A DNA stretch of 64,000 nt from Octopus bimaculoides (Eukaryota). Location of the stretch: positions 39,798,885 through 39,862,884 of the forward strand of contig NC_068989.1 in assembly GCF_001194135.2 (NCBI RefSeq), read 5' to 3'. Position numbers and translations under genes: made by a program. Position 1 is the stretch's first letter, and each line of letters begins with the position of its first letter. Under the pieces are notes generated by a model. That model worked only from the letters and a program-made list of their open reading frames with translations, was not told where the DNA came from and made no database searches. Of this stretch, positions 53,781 through 64,000 are shown piece by piece.

Positions 53781-54027
53781 TTGAATTTGCAATTATATAT
53801 TAGACTGAACTGAAATGTACATAGGCTTTATTTTGGCAGTATGTTCATAATTAATTTTATATCTTTACTAACTCTCCATTCTTCTTCTTTAATCATATTT
53901 ATAGCTATAATAATCCCATATATATCAAAGTGATATTCTTCAATGTTGTTGATGATTAAAGTAGTGAAACTTCAGGTATAATAACCCCTTATGAAGATAA
54001 GATATTCTTGCATTGACTATATATACA
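53781..54027 (+). repeat. 247-bp PLE terminal repeat (pLTR-like), copy 1; near-identical to 55454-55700; partial inverted copy at 53633-53724
   Basis: Direct comparison shows only a few substitutions between the copies; both run into (TA)n. Confidence 0.85.
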
Positions 54028-54049
54028 TATATATATATATATATAAACA

Positions 54050-55190
54050 ATATATGTTAATTATTACAATTACATTTATACAAAAATTATTATATGTTTG
54101 TATTTTATTATTTCATATTACATTATATGTATGTATTTAATATATAGTCTAGCAATATTTAGGGAAAAGATACTTAGAAGCGTGTACACAAGATAGAACC
54201 TTTCATTTCTAGAATTAAGTAGTTGATGTCTGGAAGATAATATTTGGTAAATTTCTTCAACTCTAAGTTCACATCACCTGTCATTGATACTATATGGTTT
54301 AGCATGACTCATAATTTTCCATTAATTTTATAACTCTTATTGCTGTCCTTTATTCTTCAAATGAACTTACAAAGACCTGAATTGTTAATTTTTGGATAGT
54401 TCGTAACACTACTTTCATGGTTAGCTATTCTTTTCTTTATAAAGCATTCAGTTGCTCCAATATAAAAAATAATTATTACCTTCAGATTCAACAATAGTCT
54501 GATATACCAGATTATTGTGTTTACATAAATTCCAAAATTTACAGTTGAGCTTATCCTTACAATTATAAAATTTATTTTCATTATTATATTATTATTATTG
54601 GTTATAACAAGGGATTTCTGGTGAGTTGTTTCTCCTTCACTATTTGAACTAGAATTATTACCATTTGTCATGGCTGATTTGTTTTGTTATCTATTCAATG
54701 AAATAGTGTCTATTTTATGATTCTCATAAAAACAATTTACTTTATGGTTGTTAATTGAAGATATAATTTGAAACAGATTACAAGATAAAGCGAAACCTAT
54801 TCTAATTTTCCTATTATTATTTCACTATATTTATTATTAGTAAAATTTTTGGTTATTAATCTATGCAAAGTTTTAATTGGGTTGGTTTTTATTTGTTTTC
54901 CAAAAGGGATAATTAGCCATATGATATTATTCTTATCAGAATTATGGTTATAGTGATTGACAGTATTTGTTTTAGTGGAGTTTATACAAGGCATATATGG
55001 TTTAGTCATGTTCGTGGGAGTACTATAATTTCCATAAGCATGAGATTTACTGAATTTCAAATTATTATAATGATCAATTTCATTATGATTATGATTAAAT
55101 TCGATGAAATTTTATAATAATAAATACATAGGCTGTAATATATATTGATTATGTAAACCAATTTAAATTTACATGGATAACAAATTTTTG
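54050..55190 (-). mobile_element. Penelope-like element ORF 3' part (linker plus GIY-YIG), decayed
   Basis: KNNIIWLIIPFGKQIKTN...; YNCKDKLNCKFWNLCKHNNLVYQT; FYIGATECFIKKRIANHESS; SGLCKFI; KIMSHAKPYS...LLNSRNE. Confidence 0.85.
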
Positions 55191-55388
55191 AATTTTATTT
55201 TACTTGTATTATGTTTATTATTATTTGATTTTTATTATTTTTACTCTTATACCACATTTTTATTTTTTAATATCATTTTTTTTTAATCATTTGCATACGC
55301 ATACACACAATAAATATATATTTCTTAATTTTCTTAATCTATTCATAAAATTCAATCAATCAACCTGTAACTATTTCTACTGTACTCT

Positions 55389-55500
55389 AGCCCTGATGAG
55401 ATTCTACCCAACATTATGCTATTTTATTCTAATCTTTGGATTCATTACAATCTTTGAATTTGCAATTATATATTAGACTGAACAGAAATGTACATAGGCT
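55389..55500 (+). ncRNA. Type I hammerhead ribozyme motif with enlarged stem II in a PLE terminal repeat
   Basis: AGCC-CTGATGA-G...(about 85 nt)...GAAA-T-GTAC-A-TA-GGCT gives stem I AGCC/GGCT, a 1-bp stem III with palindromic GTAC loop and a UA cleavage site. Stem II pairing is degraded. Confidence 0.7.
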
Positions 55501-55739
55501 TTATTTTGGCAGTATGTTCATAATTAATTTTATATCTTTACTAACTCTCCATTCTTCTTCTTTAATCATATTTATAGCTATAATAATCCCATATATATCA
55601 AAGTGATATTCTTCAATGTGGTTGATGATTAAAGTAGTGAAACTTCAGGTATAATCACCCCTTATGAAGATAAGATATTCTTGCATTGACTATATATACA
55701 NNNNNNNNNNNNNNNNNNNNNNNNNNNNNNNTATATATA

Positions 55740-56340
55740 TATATATATATATATGAGCATATGCATATATATGTACATGTATGTACATACCCTCATCCAC
55801 ATGCACATATAGATACACATCCGGGTACATGGCATTGCAAAAAAACATGGACAAAATGATAAACAAGGTACAAAAAACAAGCAGGCCACATAGAGATCAT
55901 ATCCTTCATCAGCTGCCACCATTAAAACACTGGTGTTTCGAAGAGTTATGGCAGGACGCATCATTAAAATGGCTCTTCCCGCGAACACAAATTAAATTTG
56001 TTTCATGGAGGGTAGTGGCGGACGGAAAACAAGACAGGAAAACGAAACGGTGAAATAAACAAACAAAAAGGCTGTACAGCCAGACGTGGAGAAGTGTGTG
56101 TATATTGAACGCTGTGAAGCATGGACTGGAGAGGCGAAGAAGTGAGTGCGAAGCTTAGGGAGTCCAAGACTGAAAAGAAATGGCAACTGGACACATGTGA
56201 CCAGCGAGGGGTAGGGAGAAAGCGTGGCAGAGGGAGAAGAAGGGGAGGAAGTAGAATATAAGTGAGCAACGAGAGGTAGAGAGATAGTAGTAGTGACAGG
56301 GAGAGGCAAAGAACAGTAGAGGGAAGAATGAGAGGGGGAT
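55740..56340 (-). mobile_element. About 600-bp non-coding element bounded by (TA)n on both sides
   Basis: Paralog of 32190-33030. Confidence 0.7.
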
Positions 56341-56614
56341 ATATATATATATATATATATACATATATACATATATATGTGTGTGTGTGTGTCTTTATGT
56401 CTGTGTTTGGCCCCCCAACACTACTTGATAACCGGTGTTGGTGTCTTTATGTCCCTGTAACTTAGCGGTTTGGCAAAGAGACCTATGGAATAAGTACTAG
56501 GCTTTAAAAAAATAAGTCCTGGGGTCTTTTTGTTTAACTAAAACAACCCTTGAAGATTGTGCCCCAGCATGGCTGCAATCAAATGACTGAAACAAGTTGA
56601 AAAGAAAAAGTAAA

Positions 56615-56656
<42 letters not shown>

Positions 56657-59475
56657 ATAGGATTCCTTCAGTTTTCGTCCACCAAATCTAGTCACATGGC
56701 TTTGGCTGCCTAATTTAACTCAAATTGTGTATTCCTGACTACATTATCAAGTGTGTACATTTTTAAAGTTGGTTAAGTATAATTTGAGAGAGATTTGGTC
56801 TCATAATTACATACAAGTTCCCTTCTTGGCTTATTATCAAACAAGCAATAGCAAATGATTCAGAAAACTATGCCTGAATCAGAAGAAATTAATCACTTAT
56901 GACAGAATTGACAGAAAGTATTCTGATAGAAATTGTTAGACTTACAATTTTACTCCGACTTCAAATTCTTATTGAAAATGTAACATAAGTTTTGGGTAGT
57001 CTTTACAGTTATTTAGATGCTACAGAATTTTCTATAATAATTTGTAACTGTTCTATAATGAGTGATGGCTAGCTTAAAATGAACAAGAGTTCTTCATAAC
57101 CAGGTTTCTAGGATTTCAGGCTCAATGGTACTTAGATTAACATAGAACTTTATAACAACATAGTAATAGTATTGGTATTTTAGGATGTTATTCTCTTTAA
57201 ATCACTGAAATTCCTCAATGATGTGAATGGAATATCTGTTTCATTCAGTAATCAGCATCTTTGGCCCTTCCTAAGATTGCAGGATGAACATTTTTCAGCG
57301 ATGTAGATACTGTATTTTTAAGCATACAAATCAATATAATTTATAGAGTAAATTTAATGCAAACATTCAAACACCATTACTTTTTTTCCAAATCTTTCTG
57401 CATTTATTATGGAATTTTGGGTTCTCTAAGTCATGATGTATAGGTGGATGTACCTTTCTTTTGCTGTAAACTTTGGTTGAATTTTATTTGTATGCCAGAA
57501 AAATATAGTAACTGCAAAGTTTTTGTGGGGCTTTCTGTCTCTGTTGCAACAGAGTAAGAACACAGAAATGGTTAAAGCTTACAAGTAATTTTTGCATGAT
57601 CTTCCTCCTTATTTCTTCTTGTATTTGTCTTATTCCAATGTCCATGGCAGTGTCATAAGACTTTCGCACTTTGGCTCTAAGCCACTCATTTATAAGGAAA
57701 AGATATTCTTTAATATTTGTTACATTTTACTTATTGGAGGAAGGGCAGTGGTTTGACCATTTTTAGTATTTTCAAGATTGGTGAGAGGAACAGAGATAGT
57801 TATTGTTAGACTAGAGACATTGTTCAGATGCTTGCAGCAAAGTGAACCTAGGTAAGAGTACCCAAGAGTCAGGAGGTAGTATTATCCAACATAGTTTCTA
57901 TTTACCAACTTTCATTTACAACTCTTTACTTGACATGGGACCATGACAGAAAACTTTCCCTTAATGTTCTGGGCAATGGGATCAAACCCAAAACTACATA
58001 GTTTCAAATTGGCCAAGCTTGTACTCATATATGCTCGTGCTATGCCATCAACCCTTAATTCCTTGATGGAGCCTTAGTGGGTGTTGTAATATAATATTTG
58101 TCTTGGACATTTTAGACTTGGCAGAGACCATCCAACTTCAGGTCTGATTACTTTCAATTTCTTCTATAATGCGACAGATGGACAGGCAGAAAGAGCTAGA
58201 AGGAGAAAGAGAGGAAATGACTCCAGTACAGGGCTTGTATTTTACTTATCAACCCCAAAAAGGAAAAATTTAAAGCTGACTTGGGCAGAATTTGAACTTA
58301 GTGTGCAGAAAGCCAACTACCTAATGCTCTAATGATAATTAGCTACATATCATCAGCATCCTCATCATCTTCATCATCAGTTAATGTCTATGCTCCATGC
58401 TGGTATGGGCTGCATGGTTTGACAAGATCTGATGGATCCAAGGACTGCATTATCCTCCAATGTCTGCTTTGGTATGGTTTTTAAGGCTGGATACCCTTCA
58501 GTAATCGTACGGCATGTACTGGGTGATTTTTTTTTTTTGGTCTCCAGCTCTATTGAGATTGTCTTGCAGCCTACTAAAAGATGAGGAGTTAGTGGAAGAA
58601 GTGTATAGTTACTCATATTTAGTGTAGGGGAAGGAGAGAATGATCAGTAGGAACTGCAAAGAGATAGATGGGAGATGAGGTGTCCAGGGAGCCCCTCTTA
58701 TATAAGGCACTGAATGTGAAGGCCAAGAAAATTCTACTGGAAATATAACTCATTACATAAAGTGACATATACAAAGGACTGATCTTCTGTTTCTGCCACA
58801 CCCACACTTTATGTAACAATCATAACATGATGGTCAGCTCTATGCATAATGATGTCTCTGGGACCACTAACCTGGGATGACCCCAGCCCCATCAAGCAAA
58901 AGCATGAAGCAGCAGCAGCAGCAGGATAACCTGATGTGTTGCTGTTTAAGGGCTGAACTGGCAATCACTACAGACGTAAGTAGAATATCTTACAGTATTT
59001 GTTTGAGATCTCTACCTTCTGGATTCCAATCCTGCCCAAGACCAACTTTGCCTTTCATCATTTCAGAGTTGGGAAATTTAGAATCAGTCAAGTACCGAGT
59101 TGGTGCTCGCTTGCTCTTTCTTTCTTTCTTTCTTTACCCCCCTCCTCTCAGTCTGCTGTGTGAAGGGGCCAAGAAAAGAGTATTTCCTTTGTGACTTCTC
59201 CAATCCTTTCATCACTATTCTATCTACACAAGAACTGTTGTTGTTATTATTTACCCCACCCTGCAGGGTTAGCTCTAATTGTATTGACATCATATCTAAG
59301 ATATTACAGTTGTAAAATACCCCTGTCTTTTATTCAGACACACAACACTGCGTAATGTTGGACGCAATGTGTTATTCCTTTTTCCAAGACTATAGGATAT
59401 GAGTTAAGAGCAATCTAACACCTCATTCTAGCAAATTAAGTGTCCATACATCGGTACCCACTGAGGTGACATAGT

Positions 59476-59822
59476 AGTGATAGAGTTATTGGGGAAGGTG
59501 GGAATGATAGTAGTGTTGATGTTGATGGTGCTGATATTGATAATCTTGGTGGTGATGGTGGTGATGATGGTGGTAGTATGGATAGTGATGGTGTTGGTCA
59601 TGATGATGGTACTAATGATGCTGGTGATGATGGTAATGGTAGTGTTAGTGGTGATGATTGTGTTGGTATTGGTGGTGATGGTATTGATGGTTGATGTTGG
59701 CGATATGGTGGTGGTGATGGTGGAAGCGATGATAGTGATGGTATTGCTGGTGATGATAATGGTGTCACTAGTGGTGGTGGTAGTAATGATAGTAATGATG
59801 TTGTTGGTGATAGTTTTATTGT
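59476..59822. repeat. Degenerate (GRT/GTT)n trinucleotide low-complexity tract
   Basis: Read directly; it yields the V/M-rich pseudo-ORF. Confidence 0.9.
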
Positions 59823-61721
59823 TTAACTTAAATCAATATTAATCAAGCAAAGATTTGAACAAAGATGTTCCAGTCTCGATCATTCTGTCTTTTATTCTGG
59901 CATAGTGTATCTAAGATTATATCAACTACTGTGCTTGTGTTCTTTTTTTAAGATAGTAAGGTATGATGCAAAAGAAATATAGTTGTTAGGTCTAGCAGTT
60001 CAAGAACCACATAGAAGCAAGAGTGAATGTGTGGCACAAATATCTTATATTCCACATTTTCAATTCAAATCACATTGGTGATGATATTAATAGTCGTCCC
60101 TATACTGATACCAGTGAAGTAGCTACCTGTAATTGTATTAGGTGGTTACTGACCTAAACAACAGCAGCACCATTTTCTCTCTTCTTCATTTTCTGATGAA
60201 GGGCAACAAGACTCGAAATGTTAGACTCTATACTTCTCATTGCAATTTAAGTTATCAAACACTCCTATAATCTCCTCTATGAACTAGCAGTTGTTGGTAC
60301 AGTCTATTACCTATAATATACCAAGGTTTATTCCATCAACTGTGCTCCTCTCATACATTTGTACCTTTGAAACCAATGTGATAAATTGATATATAGAATT
60401 ACTAATACAAAATTTCATGGTTATATAAAACGATATATTTATGTTCCTTTTTCAATATAAGAATTGTTTCATTCTTATAACTATATTGGCGATTATATTT
60501 ACCTTCCTATTTGCTTATCAACAGAACAACATTATTACTGTTTGTGCCGTAATTCTCCTGACAGGAAGCAGTTCATTGCAGTGCAAGAAATGGAATTCTA
60601 TGTTTTGTATTGATTCTTTTCAAAATATCTTAAAGAGCTCTATAACACAGCTGCCACACACTCACACACCATCTTATATTCTTATGCTACTTACTGGGTG
60701 ATTGTAATGTAGTTGATAATTATTGACCCTCTATAGAAAGTGATTATATCTATAAATCTATTGATTGGTCTGGCTATGTGTGTGTCTGCCTCTTTATCAA
60801 TCAATCACTTTCTTTTGATTCTATATTGCTTGAGTATAATATTGATTTCAAATTTTGGCATAAGACCAGCAATTTCTGGGAAGAGTGCAAGTCGATTACA
60901 TTGACCCCAGTATTCAACTGGTACTTATTTTATCGACCTCAAAAAGATGAAGGGCAAAGTCAACTTTGGTGGAATTTGAACTCAGAACATGAAAGATGGA
61001 TGAAATGCCACTAAGCATTTTGCCCAGGGTGCTAACAATTCTGCCAGCTTGCTGCCTTGACTGGGTACAATATTGATACTTTTTTTTTTACATGAGCACT
61101 GGTTTACTGTGAGGGTTGTATTCAGTAAATAGACTTGCAGTATATTATTGGTACATTTTCATTGATCCTCTACTGGGGAATGAAAGCTAACTTCAGTATC
61201 AATGAGACTGGAGCTCAGAACTGAGAAAGTAAATAACTAGATACAAAATATCACGCAGTATTTTCTATAGTACACTACTTTTTCTGCTCTCTGTCACCCT
61301 TTGAGCATTACACACACACATACACACACATACACTCTTAGGAGAACAAAGAGGCTAAATAGAAATCAGTGCATAAGTGTATATATGTTTTATTATTTCT
61401 AATTCGCACAATTTACAAATTGATTCAAAGGCTGAGAATTACTGTGTAACTTCAGCTGATTGAAATTAATAATAATAATAATAATAATGATAATAATAAT
61501 AATAATAATAATAATTAATTCGTTTTATTGGCCACAGAGAAGAGTTCTTTACTTGTAAAATGAAACGAAGAGCTGACGTAATCCATCACCAAGGCAAACA
61601 TTAATGACGAAAAGCGTGATTCGAAAGTAATAGATATTTTATTGGTAGTTGAACTATATTTCGGCATCTCGCGTGCCTTCCACAGGTTCAAAATAAACAT
61701 GTTAGTCTAATTCATTTTTTT

Positions 61722-61932
61722 AAAAAGTTTATATAGGACTGAAGTAACTCAACCAGAAGTTATATAGATATAAAGAAGAGTTCTTTACTTGTAAAACGAT
61801 TGGCACAATCCGCTTTTTGTCATTAATGTTTACCTTAGTGATGGATTGTGTCAATCGTTCTACAAGTAAAGAACTCTTCTCTATATCTATATAACTTCTG
61901 GTTGAGTTACTTCAGTCCTATATAAACTTTTT
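61722..61932. repeat. Near-perfect palindrome (90-bp arms, 31-nt loop)
   Basis: 61722-61811 is the reverse complement of 61843-61932 with about 3 mismatches. Confidence 0.92.
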
Positions 61933-62814
61933 AATAATAATAATGATAATAATAATAACAATAATAATAATGATAATAATCATCATCATCATTTAATGTC
62001 TACTTTTCATGCTCACAAGGGTTAGATGGTTTCATGGAACTGGTAATCCGGAGATTTGCAGCAGGTTCCAGTCTGATTTGGCAAGGTTTCTATGGCTGGA
62101 TGCCCTTCCTAATGCCAACCACTCCAAGAGTGTAATGGGTGACTTTTACATGTCACTGGCACAGGTGCCATTTACATGACACTGGCAGCTGAAATTAATA
62201 ATAATAATATGTACTAGCTGGATCAATGGATATTCTGTGGAGTAGGCAACCTCTTCAACATTATTATTATATTTCATATATTGAGTTCAAATATCGCTGA
62301 GGTTGACTTTACTTTTCATCCTTTCAGGGTCAATAAAGATAAGTACCAGTTGAGCACTGGAGCTGATGTATTCAACTAGTCCACTCCTCTAAATTTCAGG
62401 CCTTGTGCCTATAGAAGAAAGGATTATTATATTTCATAATTTAAAAAAGATAATTTCTGCTTTTATGAAATAGATTGCACTGAAAGCATTATTTTAATGG
62501 AAAGCAGCATGTGAAGTTCAACAATGCTTTCAGGTGCATATATTACTGTACGATAAATTCTTGTAGTTTTGAAGTGAAAAATTATTCATGATGAAATTGC
62601 ACTGTAACTAGATCAATTTCTGTTCAAACATCATCTGTATCTTTAAAAGGTGTTTATGATTAGAGTGAATCGAATAAAAAGCAACAGTCGACTTGGTTTA
62701 TTAAATATGGATGCAATAATTTAATATCAATATATATCTATGTGATTTTCTTATATAAACAAATATGCACCTTCACTTAAACTCACTCCTTAAATAACTG
62801 TAAAGTAAACATGA

Positions 62815-63375
62815 CTTTGTGGTAAGATACTTACTTCCTGACCACATGGTTCCAGGTACAGTCCCACTGTGTAGCATCTGGGGCAAGTCTTATACTATAG
62901 CCTCGAGCCAACTAAAGACTTGTGAGTGGATTTGGTTGACGGAAACTGAAAGAAGCCCACTGTATATATGTATTGTAGGAGTGGCTGTGTGGTAAGTAGC
63001 TTGCTTATGAACTACATGGTTCCAGGTTCAGTCCTACTGTGTAGCACCTTGGGCAAGTGTCTTATACTATAGCCTTGGGCTAACCAAAGCCTTGTGAGTG
63101 GATTTGGTAGACGGAAACTGAAAGAAGCCTGTCGTATATATGTATGTATATATATGTATGTGTGTATATATGTTTGTGTGTCTGTGTTTGTACCCCCAAC
63201 ATCGCTTGACAACTGATACTGGTGTGTTTAAGTTCCCGTAACCTAGCGGTTCGGCAAAAAAGACCGATAGAATAAGTACAAGGCTTACAAAGAATAAATC
63301 CTGGGATCGATTTGCTCGACTAAAGGCGGTGTTCCAGCATGGCCACAGTCAAATGACTGAAACAAGTAAAAGAGT
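62815..63375 (+). mobile_element. Tandem SINE family B: head-only copy followed by a full copy
   Basis: Two successive GTGGTAAG...ACATGGTTCCAGG...GACGGAAACTGAAAGAAGCC heads, then the tail. Confidence 0.85.
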
Positions 63376-63452
63376 ATATATATATATATAATACCTGTGT
63401 ATGTGTTTCCTTATTTGTCCCCCTGCCAATACTGCTGGACAACTAGTCCTGT

Positions 63453-63627
63453 AGTGTTTATGTCCCCATAACTTAGTGATCTGGCAAAAGAGTCCTATAG
63501 AATAAGTACCATGCTTTTAAAAATTTTTACTCGAATGTATCAACCCCATTGCTTATTTTTTAAAAGCCTGGTACTTATTCTATAGGACTCTTTTGCCAGA
63601 TCACTAAGTTATGTGGACATAAACACT
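63453..63627. repeat. Near-perfect palindrome (71-bp arms, 33-nt loop) inside a SINE B tail
   Basis: 63453-63523 is the reverse complement of 63557-63627 with 2 mismatches. Confidence 0.93.
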
Positions 63628-63944
63628 CCAGTATGATCACAGTCTAATGACTGAGATAAGTAGAAGATATTGCACAGTTATGATACAGTTTTATTAAAAC
63701 CAGACATTGTGAGATATCATAATAATCCATTATAGTAATCTAAGTGAAGTTATCCAAATAAAAGTTAGCTAGAAAAATTTGGAACAAACTAATGATTCAC
63801 AAATGCAATAACTTAGAAAATAAAATTTTCATCTAATGTTGTCAGATATGTTCTGTGTTGATAGGCCTTTCACCAGTGGCAAACAGACAGAGCATAACCC
63901 TCATACTAATTTACTAATGGAGGGAGAAGAAGAATTATAATAGG

Positions 63945-64000
<56 letters not shown>

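Noticed and set aside
54300-55400. Very AT-rich stretch resembling mitochondrial DNA (NUMT)
   Set aside because: The translation shows PLE linker and GIY-YIG motifs, not mitochondrial genes.
57484-57700. Possible minus-strand exon (WLRAKVRKSYDTAMDIGIRQIQEEIRRKIMQKLL|GTAAGC)
   Set aside because: No partner exons were found and the acceptor is weak; neighbouring minus-strand text looks like a very old LINE relic. Unresolved without a database search.
59477-59842. 121-aa hydrophobic V/M-rich ORF
   Set aside because: It is a degenerate trinucleotide repeat, not a membrane protein.
60525-60620. YYCLCRNSPDRKQFIA, faintly like a PHD-finger start
   Set aside because: The remaining Cys/His ligands are absent and the frame closes quickly.

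Overview
This is AT-rich eukaryotic genomic DNA from a draft assembly with several N gaps, saturated with microsatellites, SINEs and decayed transposons. The repeat families look like those of an octopus or other coleoid cephalopod (my inference, not verified). The only host gene I can support is three phase-consistent plus-strand exons (12251-12330, 21409-21536, 23139-23288) encoding the C-terminal TPR region of a TTC23/TTC23L-like protein; I could not locate its neighbouring exons. The rest is intronic or intergenic. It holds relics of RTE LINEs, R4/Dong-type RLE retrotransposons, Penelope-like elements (PLEs), mariner/Tc1, Helitron and Chapaev-type transposases, and several tRNA-derived SINE families. 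Most ORF-track entries are translated microsatellites or antisense TE fragments. The most interesting signals are: (1) a tRNA-headed SINE-like element carrying a hammerhead ribozyme core and a PLE-style inverted terminal duplication; (2) a PLE cluster with a minimal type I hammerhead and a 5' inversion, ending in (TA)n; (3) an in-frame UGA at a conserved Cys of a PLE zinc-finger motif, possibly selenocysteine; (4) recurrent young fold-back palindromes built from old repeats. There is no CRISPR array, rRNA or bona fide tRNA gene. Coordinates for decayed elements are approximate and all identities were estimated by eye.
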